Source: Pseudogymnoascus verrucosus
Lineage: Eukaryota
Length of the DNA stretch: 64,000 bases
Direction: 5' to 3' (one strand)
Assembly (NCBI GenBank): GCA_001662655.1
Contig: KV460206.1
The position numbers and the translations under genes were made by a program. The stretch's first letter is position 1. Every line of letters starts with the position of its first letter. Below, one piece after another: positions 11,877-25,434 of this stretch. The notes beneath the pieces are model-generated. The model had not been told where the DNA came from, did no database searches, and saw only the letters and a program-made list of their open reading frames with translations.

Positions 11877-14388
11877 ATCCGGGGTGACACAAATGGAACC
11901 AAAGCGAGCGTGGAGTCTTCAATTGAGCATGTTCGAACGGCGTAGGATGCTATTTTACTAGACCTTGAAGATGAAAAGCTCCTCCGTCCTGCAGAGAAGC
12001 GTGGGTTGTGGCGAACAAGAGTGTTCTGAAGCGCCTTGCTTGGACGAGATTGTGCCAGCCTGCCTAGTCAAAGCTATCGGGATGGCTCGTGTTTCAAAAA
12101 GGTGACCTGGGTGATTAACGACTAAACGAATGCGGCCGTTGACGTATTATTTAATGCTCGCATCAGTTGATCGCAATAGTCACCAGATAGCCACAAATAA
12201 ACACCTATGCGAATAATCAAGTCGAACTTTTTTAAAAATCGTGAAGGAAAGAGATTGGGAAAATAGTAACTGGAAAGAGAGGGGAATTAGAGAGGGCTAT
12301 GTCGGAGGCCCCGGGGATAGCAGATAGTGAGAGGGGGATGGGGTAGATGGATTCATTAAAAAAGGGAACAGGTACAAAACTACATATACATATTTCTTGT
12401 GTTTTTAAGACATTTACATGTACTCTTTTCAAGGCGATTTTGATGCACAGTACAGAATTTGTCGTATTTTACTAATAGCAGTACTCTTAATATGAGTATG
12501 TTTTGCATGGTCTACATGCTCTACATACAGGATGTGCTGTTCGTTGTTATATATGTACTGTACTGAAGCAGTACTGTACCTCCGTGAGATCCAAACTATT
12601 CATGCATCTGTTGATATCTGGTAGTATTAGGGTGGTAGCAGCGTAGTAGCAGGGTATCTGAGTAACACCTACAGGAAGCACAGGAAGCACAAGACAGCAC
12701 GCACAGCCATGCGGAGGCCTGGTTCGAAATGTCTGATTGCTGCCCAGAGAGGAAATAATCGTAGGGGCTGACCAGCAGTGAGATCGGTTACAGAGGCGAT
12801 AATGTCAATATGCAAGGACACAACACCATACTGCATACCGGTAGTAGAGTAACCAGGTCAGCCTTGACCGCCTGTAATACCTAGATTGCGAGTGGAAAAT
12901 TGCCCGTGCTTGACTGTGCTCCGTATGGCTACAGAGACCGGGAGCAAAAGACGTCAAACTCGGTTTCCACGACCAGAGACCAAGTCCAGCTGAAAGATGG
13001 CCCATACCTGGCATGGTCGCGCGCGCTAATACGTCTGCCCCCTGGCCCGCTTGGTGGCGTGGTCCTGGTGTTGTCGTTGTCAACGAACATTTTCCCACAG
13101 GAGTAAACACACGGCTCCGAGATCTGTTGTCAAAGCCTCAAATCAGTGCTTGGGGCCACGCCCTGAAACCGCATCAATATTGAACTCCACACGACAGACC
13201 CCTTTCTCCAGCAGTCAGATTTCAGAACTGAGTCGTCTCATGCCCCTATGTTGTGCGTGCCCGCAAATAGTGAGTTGTGCCGTACTCAGTAAAGTGGATG
13301 AGTAAACGTGGACTGGCTTCATATAAAGTAAGCAAGGCGTCGTCATTTTTGATATTACTTTCTGGTAGTCGAACGCAGGAGGAGGGGATGATCGACACTG
13401 AGCGAAAAGTGCTGGTGGATTTGTGATGTTCACACCCCTGACACGCTTTCCATATTGATTTTCGTAGGGATTGCGCCCCGCCTGTTGGGAGCTAAGGAGT
13501 GGAAGGCAGATTTGCCAATTGATGCGCAGAAAATGGCGCCTTTGCGGCAGTGAATTGGTCGAAATAAACAACCCTGCCTTCAGTTCAGGGTGCCAGAAAT
13601 GGGTTTCCCCTTGTGGTGATGGTCCGCCTTCGTCAATTTTCTCCCTAACCAAAGAGGCTGTGTTGTCCGTGGATTAGGCACCTCCCCTGCACGCTTTCAA
13701 TAATATACGCGCGCGCAGGCATAGGTGGCCATCATCATCACGGTGTGTTGATGTGGCTCCATTCTTCACACCAGTGATGACACGCCCTCGCTCAGCTTGT
13801 CCCGATTCGCCGGGTAATCATTGAAGCCGTGTCGAGCTTTTTTTTCTCGGTGATTCAAAACCCCATTCTTCGGGAAACACCACGTTGGGATCACCGCGGC
13901 AGGAAGCCTTGCTGCGTCATTGTAATATCCGAGTAAATGTGGAGCTCAGAGCGTCTCCATCCGCCGTCGATGGAATTGAGATAAGGAGCTGTGGTACTCG
14001 TGCCGCCCCGAAAGTCTGAAGAAGGATGCTGGATAACGGCAGTGTGACAACAAACTATAAATTCAATAAAGGCTTTTTCAACCACTCAGAGATAGAGTTG
14101 CTATATTGTGGCATTTTATTAAGTCAGTTGCTCAGAGTTAGGTCGAGAGAAAGAAACTCCCTTATCCATTAGCTTAAATTGCTCGTATCAACATACTTTG
14201 GCGACCCCATTACGCACACCCACGCCCCATAGCCCGCCCCTCTTTTAGACACCGCTCCGGATCAATATTGTTCCTATCCCTTATCGCATGGGTCAGTTTA
14301 GACAAGGCGCCAGGCGGTCAGTTGAGGTCAAGGTCAACCTCACTACTACCTATTGCCCCACCATATATTTGGTTCGTTATAAGCCGCC

Positions 14389-16051
14389 ATGGACAAACTT
14401 CCACCGGAAATACTCAGAGGGATTCTTGGGTCCTTGATTGCTTTGAATCCAAGCTCTAAAAATGATATACTGAAATTCCGCTTGGTGTGCAAGGTCTTCA
14501 ACGAGTTGCTTCGGGAGGACCTTCTCAAGACCGTTCAGCTAGATTTCTCCCGCCTTGAAAGGAATGGAAAGCCTCTAGACTTGAAATACCTTGCAGGAGC
14601 TGCAGATTACTGCGATGCCATCTATGTCGATCTCACGATTATACGTGACGACGGTAAGTCTTTATTTGCCAACTACTACGAATCATACGAGTCGAATGGG
14701 CGGTGTCGTGTGTCACATTAATCCGCAGAACATCTTTATATATACTTTTAACTATGCAATACTTCCGGTAGTTGCTGACCTTCGGACTTTAGATGAAATC
14801 CTACGCCTCGAAAATGCATTTGGGACCATCGTGGACAAATTTCCCGAGATGAATGACGTCTTTGACTCCCTCCGTCGATACTGTATGGGCCCAGCATCGT
14901 TCGATGAAAGCGACTTTAAGAATGCAGTGGCCACAATGCTTGAAACAGCAACTAAAGCAAGCTGCTTTAAACTCAATCTGCCATTCCAATTTGTGGGCCA
15001 AGCAAGTCGATCAGGCACCATGCTTTTTGCAACAGCTGCTGAGTGCCTTGCCAACCGCTCAGAAGAGGCAGCTGCTATTGAAACCTTGGTGCTGAGCCAC
15101 TTGTCCGATACGACCCTACTCGATGTGTACCAGAATCCCATTGATTTGCACAACGCCATCAAGGTATTCAATCCTTTAAAGCACCTTGTCCTCTCTCTTA
15201 AGCGCCAAGAAAGCAGCGGCAACAACCAGAATAGGTTTTCAGCAGCTCTTTGGAGGCTTATTACTGAGGCGACCAATTTGGAGAGCCTCTGTATCATTGG
15301 CTGGAATAGCAAAAGGACAACTGCAGTCCGTCAGCATGAATTGGGCTTTCAAGGAGATTTGCAGAGTTGGCGAATGCAATCTTTGCCATATCACGATATC
15401 AATGAAGGCAGTAACCTCGGCAATCTCCACTATCTAGAACTAAACCGCGTCGATGTTGAGGCAGATTCCCTCCTTAATATGGTTAGGAAATGCGCTTTTT
15501 CTCTCAAGGAGCTTTATTTGAACGAAGTCTACCTGAAGGTCAGGAATGGGGATGCCATCCCACTATGGATCGGACTTGGACCTGAAATTTCTAAGCCTCA
15601 TGGCGCAAAATGGATTGCCGAAGAACTCCAGGGAATGCGGGGCCTGGAATTGTCTATTTTACGTGCAACCGCACTGGGTTATGATGAGTATTCGGCGGGG
15701 CCAGATTTTGTCAACCCCGTGCAATTTGATCTTGATGACCCATCTGGAAGAAAGCGCTCATTTGATGATCGCTTCGTCGAGGCGGCACTTGGCCAGAATC
15801 CATCTTCATCTACCATATCTAGACCAAAGGCGGAATATGATGTTGACAGCTTCCAACACGGCCACAACACCACCTCGCACTGGAGGAGCAGCATTGATGG
15901 TGTCTTTTACAACCACAACGACACAGCACTGGACGAGCTGAAGAAAATACTTTCGGTTGTGGAACGCGGCATGAGCCTGCTGACTGCCGAAATTGATCGG
16001 ATCAATACCGCCATACGTTTTGAACCTATCGCCACACCTACCGCCACCTAG
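14389..16051 (+). CDS. F-box-like / LRR-like fungal hypothetical protein, intron 14654..14792
   Basis: MDKLPPEILRGILGSL..ILKFRLVCKVFN is an F-box-like N-terminus. A GTAAGT..GCTGAC..TAG intron joins in frame (RDD|DEI). LxxLxL repeats follow (LKHLVLSL, LESLCI, LKELYLNEV). Confidence 0.75.
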
Positions 16052-17075
16052 GTTGTCCCACGCGAGATGAGGCGACTGCGTTTTACACCGGCGCACAAAT
16101 ATCAATGACGGCAAACCATCCCATTAACTATTCTTACGAAAACTGGGAGTGGATTATCGGATGAAGCCTTGGAAAGGAGGCTGGCTGGAAGTGATGAAAA
16201 GGGAATCTGTTTAAAAGGCGTTTATCAAATTTGGAATACGTATACCCAGGTTGCTATGAGGCAATAGCCAGCACGTTCCTATAAAAATAGTATCGTTAGA
16301 AGGGAATTCAAGATTTTTTTTTTTTTTTGCCTTGGTCTCTGGGAAGTAATCAATCCCGCGTTCGCTTCTACATGGGGTATCGGCATGTGGGATAATGTAA
16401 CCCAAACATTATAATCCTAGTTACTGTCACATCCACGTAGCCCTGTAACTCTGTCATACAATACGAGGTTTATATGCGCTAAGAAAAGGCTTATAAACAT
16501 GACATGCTGTGTGTACGATGTCGTTCCGAAGATACCGAGAATTGGGCACCAAAGAGGTTGTAAAATCGTGACACACTATTAGATAAAAGGCCACATATCT
16601 CAAGGAGAGCGCGTATAGTAGAATTTAGCAAAAGGCAACGTTGCTGAACAAATACGTGAATGGGGAATGCGTGGTTATTGAATTAACCATAATTCAAAAG
16701 GGGTAATCGCGAAGGTTGGAAGCGGAGCGGACAAACCCCCCCACAAGTATCCACCCACTCACCGCACATCAAGCAGCAATGTTCACCCAAGCATGGTATC
16801 ATTCGTATGAAGATCGTTTTTAACTCCTAACTGCCGAACGCTTCCCCTCACGTGTGTCCCAATGTGCACCAGTTCGTCTCATCTCATGTCAACTATAGCA
16901 TCAATCGTTCACCAGTGGGAGCTTGGTGGTTGCGGGTAAGACGGACATACAGCCCGAGCTAGAGACATCAACAAACAGTTCTATACAAACCGCACACTTT
17001 TGGAGCTTGGACCAAATGATGGAACGCCGCCAATGCGCTTCAACCTCTCGATAAACCATACCATACCAGGAGGCA

Positions 17076-19686
17076 ATGTCAATGGAAAGCCCACGGCGCC
17101 GAGCGCCATCTGCGCCGTCGACGACTTATGATATAAAGGGTACCAATGAAGATGATAGAATCGCCGAGGTGTAAGTGGAACCCCTTCACCTTCACCCTGT
17201 CCTTGTCCTGTCAGCCTTGTCCCTTTCCAAAAGAATGCGCCCAAGTCCACCTTGCGCCCTCAGCCTCAACGTGCGGTATCCGCACGAATCACCAAATCAA
17301 TAAACCGCACAGGCGCCCTGCGCATCCCTATTCGGATCAGAATGGCTGACACGGCTGGTTCAATAGCAGGCGAGCGTCAGCCGCCACGAACGGCAACCCA
17401 AGCCCCTTACCGGCGTCGACTTCAACCCGCTCCTTGTCGCATGGCACATTGGCAACAAGCCGCAGCTCCGACACTTCTCCGTCTTATAAGTTGACGCAGG
17501 ACGAAATCGACTTCATCGCGAGGACTGAGACATCGAGCTGGTACGCGCGGGCAGAACCGACAAACGCGTACGAGGGTGACGCGGAGCCAGGAATGGAACC
17601 ACATCTGCCCCGCAGATCAGATAGCAGCGATAGCTACGGTATGCGACCTTCGACAGCTTCGTCGACGGCGACGACAGGGTGGCGCGCAGTGAATTGGGCG
17701 AGTGGGCGAAACAGCTCGAAAACGTCTATGGACACACAAAATGCTGCCAGTTCCAGCCCCAAGAGGTCGACGTTCGCGAGATCAGATCTGCCGAGGAAGT
17801 CATCGCTGGGTTACGGCTATAATGAATCGAGTAATGGGGATGGAAATGTACAAAAGATGGGAACGGGGGGGTTATTACGACCACAGAAGTTACGACCACA
17901 GCGGTTGAATATTTTCGACGCTTTCGATAATACTACAGATTACTATTCCGAATCGTCATTACGACGTTTGCCAGAGGAAATAATATCACTGATAGTCGCG
18001 GAACTCAGGACCGTGCATCTGGATGCGGTCGAGAAGAAGAGGACATGCCCAACTTGCTATATGCGAGATGTATGCAGCCTCACGCTCGCAAACCGCCAAT
18101 TTATGGGACCCGCAAAGAAAGTGATGTACGAGACCATCATACTCACAGGATCGGACTCTATGGGCCACATCAAAAAGCGGTTCAGAATAAAGTTTGGAAC
18201 ACGGCTGAAACTCCTGCGGAGGACATTGCGGGCGAACCCTGGACTGGCAGAATTGGTGAAGACGATACGAGTACCCTCCCACATGGAGGCAGGTGCGGGG
18301 AGCTCGAAGAAAGATCAGCTGCTATACGATGATATTGTTGCATCGATTGTTATGGCTTGCCCAAACCTCGAAAGGCTTGTTGGGTTTTATCCCCATTATG
18401 ATTATGATTCCTCACGCATCTCTCATGCACTGAGCACTAGAACGAGGCTCGCCGAGCAACTTTGGAATATTGACGGACAACCGTCATTCCAGACTTCATA
18501 CGCCAGGTCGGTTGGTGGATACGGGGTTCCACTGTCTGATCAAGCTCAGGCGTTTATATCCCACCATTCCGGATGGGACTTCCTTCGTACCTTGGCAATA
18601 CACTGTAGGCCGACCAGTGCCTTTGATGCTTCGGTGCTCGAACCACTTTGGAGCCATCTTCCCTCTCTCCGTCATCTGGCGCTCTCTTCCTTATCACCTC
18701 CACCAGATTTTATCATGCATCTCCCACCGCTAGCCTCACTCCACCTCTCAATCATCTCAACCGCTACTGCTCAAACTCTCATCGACATAACGAGAGCTCC
18801 ACTCACCGCCACGCTCTCATCTCTAACACTATCCTTACTTCCACCCGACGTTATGTCCATTGTGGCCATTGGACGGATCCTCTCATCTCTACCCTCACTC
18901 GCCCAAGTCTCCTTCTTTTCACCAACACCACTTGTTCTCCCTGCGGGGGCAACCGTGTTTCTACATCCTTACATCGCGTCACCCAGGTTAAAGTTCCTAC
19001 ACTGGGATATACCATCTTCACCCCAAACCTCTGAGGTGAACCGAAACGACGCAAACTATATCCTCGCTAAAGCCATTGATGCCGGCGGATTCCCACAATT
19101 GCGAAGGCTGAGAGCCCCGAGAGATTATGATGGGATCTTACAACGCACCTGTCGGCCGAGTAGGGGTTTCGATACTCCGTTGGTAGCCCCGTCTTTCAAT
19201 GGGAATGGAAGGAACGGACAGATACCCACAGGACGGAGGAAAGGCTCAGAGACTTCAATGTCAAGCAGCACAAGCGGTGCCAGTGGGCACGCAGCAAACG
19301 GGGACTCCTCATCCGGACCAACCTTAGGACTGCGAGAGGCTCGACAAGCAGCCCAAGCAAGAATCGATCTCGCAAAGCTGAAGCCGCGATGGAAGATAGC
19401 CTGCGAAGACTGGTCGACCCCCGGCCAAGTCCGCGTCACAGCCCGCTTCGATGCTGGAGGATTCGTAGGGACGATCGGGTCGCGGGTCACGTACTGGCTT
19501 GAGGAAGATGGGATTGAAGGGCTTGACGGATTGATTCATGGGAGGTCGTCGTATGAGGAGTGTAATGGGAGTTGGAATGCGAGACAGGATGAGAAGAAGG
19601 GGTGGGGTAGTGCGGGGCCGGGGGCGGAATGGCATACGCCGAGGGAGAAGGGGTGGAAAGTTGAGAGCTTGGATAGGCTTTTTTGA
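17076..19686 (+). CDS. F-box-like protein with LRR-like region; exon 1 17076..17170, intron 17171..17366
   Basis: The 750 aa ORF is closed upstream by TGA at 17347. A GTAAGT donor at 17171, GCTGAC branch point and TAG acceptor join MSMESPRRRAPS..IAEV in frame. Contains SLRRLPEEIISLIVAEL..CPTCYMRDVCSL and ACPNLERL, LPSLRHLAL. Confidence 0.75.
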
Positions 19687-19911
19687 AAAAGGGGGGGGGG
19701 GGTTAACTGTTTACCTCTTACCCTGTACCGACTACCCTTTACCTATTACCCATTACTCTTTACCAACTACCCTTTATCCATTACCCATTACCCACTTTTT
19801 ATCGAGGGCATTTGATAATGACTAAGCCTTGTTGTTGGTGGCGCCTAATATGGGGAACCAACAGAAGCTAAAGTAGCCAGTGGTTGCAGGGGGGGGTGGC
19901 CAAAGGTTGAC

Positions 19912-20048
19912 CAGGGGGTGATCACCAAGCCAAAAACCGAAAACCAAAAACAGTTTTTGGGCTGCATGTCCCAAGCTTGGGTGGGCTCACCGAATACCAA
20001 AAACCGAAAACCGAAACGAAGACAATACCCCACCCAAGCTTGGGACAT
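19912..20048. mobile_element. Transposon-end-like / MITE-like module with a perfect 20-bp inverted repeat
   Basis: ATGTCCCAAGCTTGGGTGGG (19966-19985) and its exact reverse complement (20029-20048); CCAAAAACCGAAAACC direct repeats; begins CAGGGGGTGATCACC. Identity as a mobile element is inferred. Confidence 0.4.
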
Positions 20049-20109
20049 TCGACCAAAAACGACATTTGGTGCTTGACTTCGGGAGAGTCACGTCTGCCAT
20101 TGCATTGTT

Positions 20110-20187
20110 GGCTGAAGAATACTTCGGACTGGGATGAAGCTACTTTCGACTTGGATGAAGCTACTTTCGACTTGGATGAAAGTACTT
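20110..20187 (+). repeat. 21-bp tandem repeat GGATGAAGCTACTTTCGACTT (2 exact copies plus degenerate flanking copies)
   Basis: Exact copies start at 20132 and 20153; partial or degenerate copies lie on either side. Confidence 0.9.
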
Positions 20188-20411
20188 ATGTCTTTGTTAC
20201 TGAAGCCTCTTCTGACGTGAATAATCACCACAATGAAGGCCTGTTTCAAATACTCGACATTGGTCTTTGTTACAACACCCATTCACCATTGTCTCAATAA
20301 GTCAATTCAGACTCGACGTCAGTATCTGATATGAAGGGGTCTTTGTTAAACTAGCTGTTTACCGTAACTGAAAATATATAAATATCAGAGTAAATTCACA
20401 TCTATAATTTG

Positions 20412-20582
20412 ATTTCTCGCTACAATTTGACTACGAATAATAGAGCCTACTACACCCCGCCATCTATGCTTCCTAAATTTCCACACAAGTCCCCTACACG
20501 ATCTGCCAACTCAGAAAACCCGAGTTCAACTTAATTTCTCTCTACAATTTGACTACAACCAATAGAGTCTACTACACCCCGC
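20412..20582 (+). repeat. Imperfect 49-bp direct repeat (20412-20460, 20534-20582)
   Basis: ATTTCTC(G/T)CTACAATTTGACTAC..AATAGAG(C/T)CTACTACACCCCGC occurs twice, 122 bp apart. Confidence 0.9.
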
Positions 20583-20663
20583 TGCCTGTTCTTCCTAGAC
20601 TTTCAGCAAACCCCCCACACTAGCTGCCACCTCCATTGACCGCGTTCTGCTCGATCTTTCACA

Positions 20664-21071
20664 ATGTGTGAACAAATCACCCTCACCTTCAATTGCGGTT
20701 GTAGAAAACCGAGTACAATCAGAACATGCGGATACGCGGGACAAAAGGGACACAGGGTCTTCGATACCGGTAAGAGGAAAACTCAAGCGCGACTATGTGA
20801 TGAGTGTTATATCGCAAGTCGATACGGATTCAGTGGGTGTGAAGCTTGGGGAGAAGATGAGGAAGAAGATGAGAAGGAAGACGAGAAGGAAGACGAGGAA
20901 GAAGAGGAAGAAGAGGAGGAGGGGGATGAGGAAGAAGAAGAAGAAGAGGACGAGGAAGAAGAAGACAAGGAAGAAGAATACAAGAAAGAAGAATACAAGA
21001 AAGAGGGATGGCGGCACAAAATTTGCACGGTATGTCTGGCCATTGGTGGAGAACCATGGAACTGCTGCTGA
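20664..21071 (+). CDS. Small Cys-rich protein with a poly-Glu tract (135 aa), unknown function
   Basis: ATG-started ORF MCEQITLTFNCGC..C..H..CDEC, a ~45 aa D/E tract, then CTVC..WNCC*. Preceded by a CT-rich leader. Confidence 0.55.
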   Translation: MCEQITLTFNCGCRKPSTIRTCGYAGQKGHRVFDTGKRKTQARLCDECYIASRYGFSGCEAWGEDEEEDEKEDEKEDEEEEEEEEEGDEEEEEEEDEEEEDKEEEYKKEEYKKEGWRHKICTVCLAIGGEPWNCC

Positions 21072-21723
21072 GGATATAAGGTGCAATGCCACCATATTTT
21101 GACTGGCGTGAGATACAGCAGACGAAAGACAGGTTTCGAATGGAAATGGACTTGAAAGCTATGAGGTGAGAAAAGCAAGGTGTGGGATAGAGCGACTTCG
21201 AGACTAATGACAATAGACCGTGGATATGGAAATGCAACAAATACAAGCAAACATCAGCAAACCTGAGCTACGATATTGTTTATTCTTTGAGCGGAAAACG
21301 AATTGCACAGTATAATTGTCTTGTAGGTGAGTGTCGAGGTTGTCATGTCCTTCCTTCCGTGCTTACTCATCCAAACTTGGGACCGCCCTTGGCATAAGTG
21401 GAGCCAACCGCACCACCTTCGGATCCACATGCCCGCTACATGTCCCGCCTTCATCCCACCAAGATCACACTACCGACTTCATGCCGACCTATTTCTCGAG
21501 TCATTGAATAGAGCCAATCCCAAGAAAGATACAGATCCTGCTCTCAACCCGCAGTTTATTCCAGGGCTCAGCTTGAGTATTAGCCCGAGAAGTTTGCTGA
21601 CGACATTGGCACGCGGACTATGCTATAAACAGTCAACCATTAGCGTCAATAATGCGCCAACCTAAGCTATAATGTTCTTAGAACCTTGACTACTCTATGC
21701 GTTGGTAGAAGCGCGGATCGGAA

Positions 21724-24334
21724 ATGGATGATCAAAGGGAAGTGTCGGAAAGTGGCCAGGCCGGCCAGGGCTCCTCCAGCGATGGGCCGGCCCTCACGGG
21801 GTCTGGAAGGGCCATCCAGGCTTGCGACAGATGTCGGATGAAAAAAGTCCGATGCGATGGAATTGTTCCTACTTGCGGGAGGTGTCAGGCGGCGGGATTG
21901 GAGTGCTTGACTATGGTTAAATTGACCAGGAAGAGCTACCCGAGAAGCTATACGGAGTCCATTGAGGAGCGTCTCCGGATCGTGGAGGGAGAAGCTCAGA
22001 AAATGAGGGCTGAGAGTGCTGCAAAGGACACCAAAATCCAGGAGTTGGAATTAGCCATGCGAAGCAGGTCGGTGTCTCATGTGCAGTCTCATGCGCAGTC
22101 GCCGAAAAACCAAGATCACACACCACGTGCTCTGGGCTTGACCAGCTCTGGACGGCGAGATAATAGAGCAAAGCCAAGAGCCATCACCGTGGACGACTCG
22201 ATATGTCGTGAAGTTGGACGGATGAACTCGGACAGGGGCGGCGTTGGGAGATATATTGGTTCGTCCTCGGGAATATTCTTTGTTGGTATGGCCGAGCAAA
22301 GATTTTCAACTCTCAAAAGCAACATCCAGTGGAAAATCGGCCACGACCTACTGAAAGTGGAAACCGATGACCATAGTGTCGAGTACAAAGTTTATCCGAC
22401 CCAGCTAAGGAAAGATTTCCTTCAGGAATTACCGCCTTATGAGACAGCAAAAAGATGCTGCGAGGCTTGGTTCGAGTTTTGGAGATACATCTTTCCAATA
22501 TTACATCGGCCGACTTTCATGGGAAATCTCGAACTTATGTACTTCAAGCGACAAACTTCACCAGATGTAGATATCCCTGCAGAGATATTTGGCATATTAT
22601 ATATGATACTGGCCCTTGGGAGCCGCCAAATCCAACTCACCAGCGGCAGTACTGATGATGGGCCCCATGTCCGGAGCAGCGGCGATGATACGATTTACTT
22701 TGAGAAAGCGATGAGCTACTATGACGCTGTTATAAAACTGGGGACACTTCGAACTGTGCAGTTCTTGGAACTCCAGGCCCTGTGGTACGTTTTTACTGGC
22801 AAGAGAAGCTTGGCCCTCCAGACCACCGGAAGCGTTGTCAAGCTATCATTAGAGCTTGGTCTCCACCGATACTCGAGGAGGTTCGATTTTAATCCCGTTA
22901 CAACTGAGATCCGCAAGAGGATGTTTTGGGTCTGTTATATACTTGACAGGTATGTTCTGATATATCGCTCTTTTAATCGTTGCTCTAATATCTATTAGCT
23001 TTCTATCAGCCATAGCCGGATCACCAAAATCCCTTCGCGACCAAGACATTGATGCAGACGGCCCGTCAGAAGTTGATGACGATCTTGTCTCAGCAGAAGG
23101 CTACGTTGCAGCGCTGCCTGGAGAGCCAACCGGCATGATGGCTTTTGTGGCATTGGTCAAAGTAGCCCGGATATTGTCTCAAACCCTAGAAACACTCTAT
23201 ACAACAACGAACCGAGCAGGAACACCGGCGAAGATTAGGTCCCTTGATCGCCTTTTGGATCAATGGGCAAACATACTCCCAGACCATCTCCAAGTTAGCT
23301 TCGCCAATATGGCCTTGATGTCGCCGGAAGAAGCCCTCGCAGACCTTGGACAAGGTGCGCCAGAAGTTGTGTTCATACAGCTCGTGTATTTATATGCACG
23401 ATTGGTGATTCATCGGCCTGCCCTCTCGTTTAAACCACAAACGGATCAGAGTCAAGCGTCTCTATTGAAGTGTATGGAAGTTAATATCCAAACTCTCCTG
23501 TTGCTCTCGCACTTCAAGCAATACATCCTAATATTTGACATCAACCCAGGAGCGCATGTATACACCGTTTGGCAATGCGGGTTAATGTTAATGTATGGCC
23601 TGTTAGAGCTCAGAGACGCAAAGGAGAAGCACGGGACGACAGGAACAACTAAATTCGAGCTTGCGGCAAGACAATCTACTCACACTTGTCTTGAACTCCT
23701 CGAGCATATGGTGTCCTGTGGTAGAGATGGGGAGAGGGTGAGGGCACAAAATATACGGGATATTCTCACCGCCACCGCTCCGTTGCTGCAGCCGGCATCA
23801 ACCCCAGAGCCGAGCAGCAGCACTGGCGGAGTCGAGGGTGGGAGCAATGTTAGCTCCGCATACGCAACAGCACCACAACTCTCCAGCGGCAACCAACAGC
23901 ACCCGAGTACTCCCTTCTCAAAACTACTTAGCTTCAAGGACAACCTATTAGGTTCCGGAAGCCCACTCACCTCCCAAACACTAAACCACCCCAGCGGATT
24001 CACCTCATCAAATATGCTACAATCGGATCCTGAAACGCCATCCCAGCCGACGTTAAATCAAAATGTCTGCCTCGATTTCAGCAACGACCTTATACACCCT
24101 TATTACCGCTTTGGAATTGCAGATAATCCCATGTTTCTCCCGAATAGTCCGCGTCATAGAGGGACGCCGGCGAGTGCTACGGCGCCGAGGGATATTTGGG
24201 ATGATCCTGTTTTTGCGTACTCGGGGAGCCCGCCGGTTGAACCTTATGGCCAGGCGGCTGGGGGTGCGGGGCGGAGTGATCTTACTGATGATGGTCCGGA
24301 TCCGAAAAGAACGAGATTTGAAAATACTTCATGA
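21724..24334 (+). CDS. Zn(II)2Cys6 transcription factor with fungal-specific TF domain, intron 22950..22998
   Basis: ACDRCRMKKVRCDGIVPTCGRCQAAGLEC binuclear cluster; FPILHRPTF, LELGLHR, EIRKRMFWVCYILD|SFLSAIAGSPKSL; GTATGT..CTAAT..TAG intron. Confidence 0.92.
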
Positions 24335-25434
24335 TGTGGTTTACGGGGATAGATGTATAACTTTGAGGATCGGTACCTCCGGTTGGGACAGGATTTGGGG
24401 CAATCGATAGATGGCGTCATGCCCAGATATTGTGACTACGAAATCAGGGCGACCAACACAGTTTGCACCGACATATTCAAATGTGAGAAAAATGTTGATA
24501 TAAAGAGAGGAAATGGCACACAAAAAGCAAAAGGGCTCAATGAATGGCGTATATTTGTGTTTCAACTTCAGTTCTCCGATTTCTTATTTTCTGGCGAAGG
24601 CGTTAAACCCACGATATAATGAGAGAACGGAACGGTTTAGTTCTGTTGTAAACCATAAAGTAAGGGTATAAAGTGGATCGATACAGATAATTGACCAAGT
24701 GGTGTCTTTTGTGAAGGGTGGAATTTTGCTGTGATGAAATCATATTGCAGAAATTCATTGGGAATCGTTTTCTTGACCTTGCATATGTCTTGTTGTTTCT
24801 GAATTCACATTTGGTTCATTTCACAGTACGACATAACCTCTACATACTCTTTAGTCGAGAAGTGAACCAACTAAATAATTGTAAGCGGCTAGATAGTCGT
24901 GGCATCTCCTCGTGGAGTATCTGACCACATCAAAAAAGCATCTTAGATCCCTCCTTCTGGCTGGAAACTAGGGATATAAGGACCACGCAGCTCCTGGACT
25001 TCCTGATTCGTTTATTTCTTTTCTCGGAAGGTTTTGGCTCTGAGAGTTTTCACTTCACCAACCGGACATACAACCTGTCTCTCCAAACAACTCGCTTCAT
25101 ATACCGTACTTGCTTCCATCAACCCTCGGAAGCTTTTCCTCTTCTATCTACCTCTCGTCAAACTTCCTCAGTCGTCCTCGCATTACCTTTACTGGTCGTA
25201 CCTGCGACGGGGTTCCATCAAACACAAACAAATCGAGAGCTGAAGAATACCAAACGAAAACCATATCAAGTCAGCCTACTTCAAACTCAGATACTGTCGG
25301 ACACCCTCACCAGAATAGCACGCCAAATCTACGACATCTACTTCACCTCACTTTGCTCATATCCGGATATTACTTCATTCCACTCTTATTCGGACTCCAA
25401 CTAACTATTCATTGTCGACTCCAAGGAATCAAAG

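Noticed and set aside
12690..12740. GGTTCGAA as a tRNA T-loop/B-box
   Set aside because: No cloverleaf stems or A-box could be built around it.
13643..13650. CCCTAACC as a telomerase RNA template
   Set aside because: An 8-mer is expected by chance, it differs from the TAACCCTAA-type template I recall for filamentous ascomycetes, and I saw no supporting pseudoknot or CR4/5 element.
13770..13850. GTGATGA C-box plus T-run as a snoRNA or Pol III gene
   Set aside because: No properly placed CTGA D-box or terminal stem.
20668..21250. Alternative poly-K/R, poly-F and poly-S ORFs
   Set aside because: Other frames of the same GAA/GAG tract. The ATG-started Cys-patterned frame is the most plausible one.
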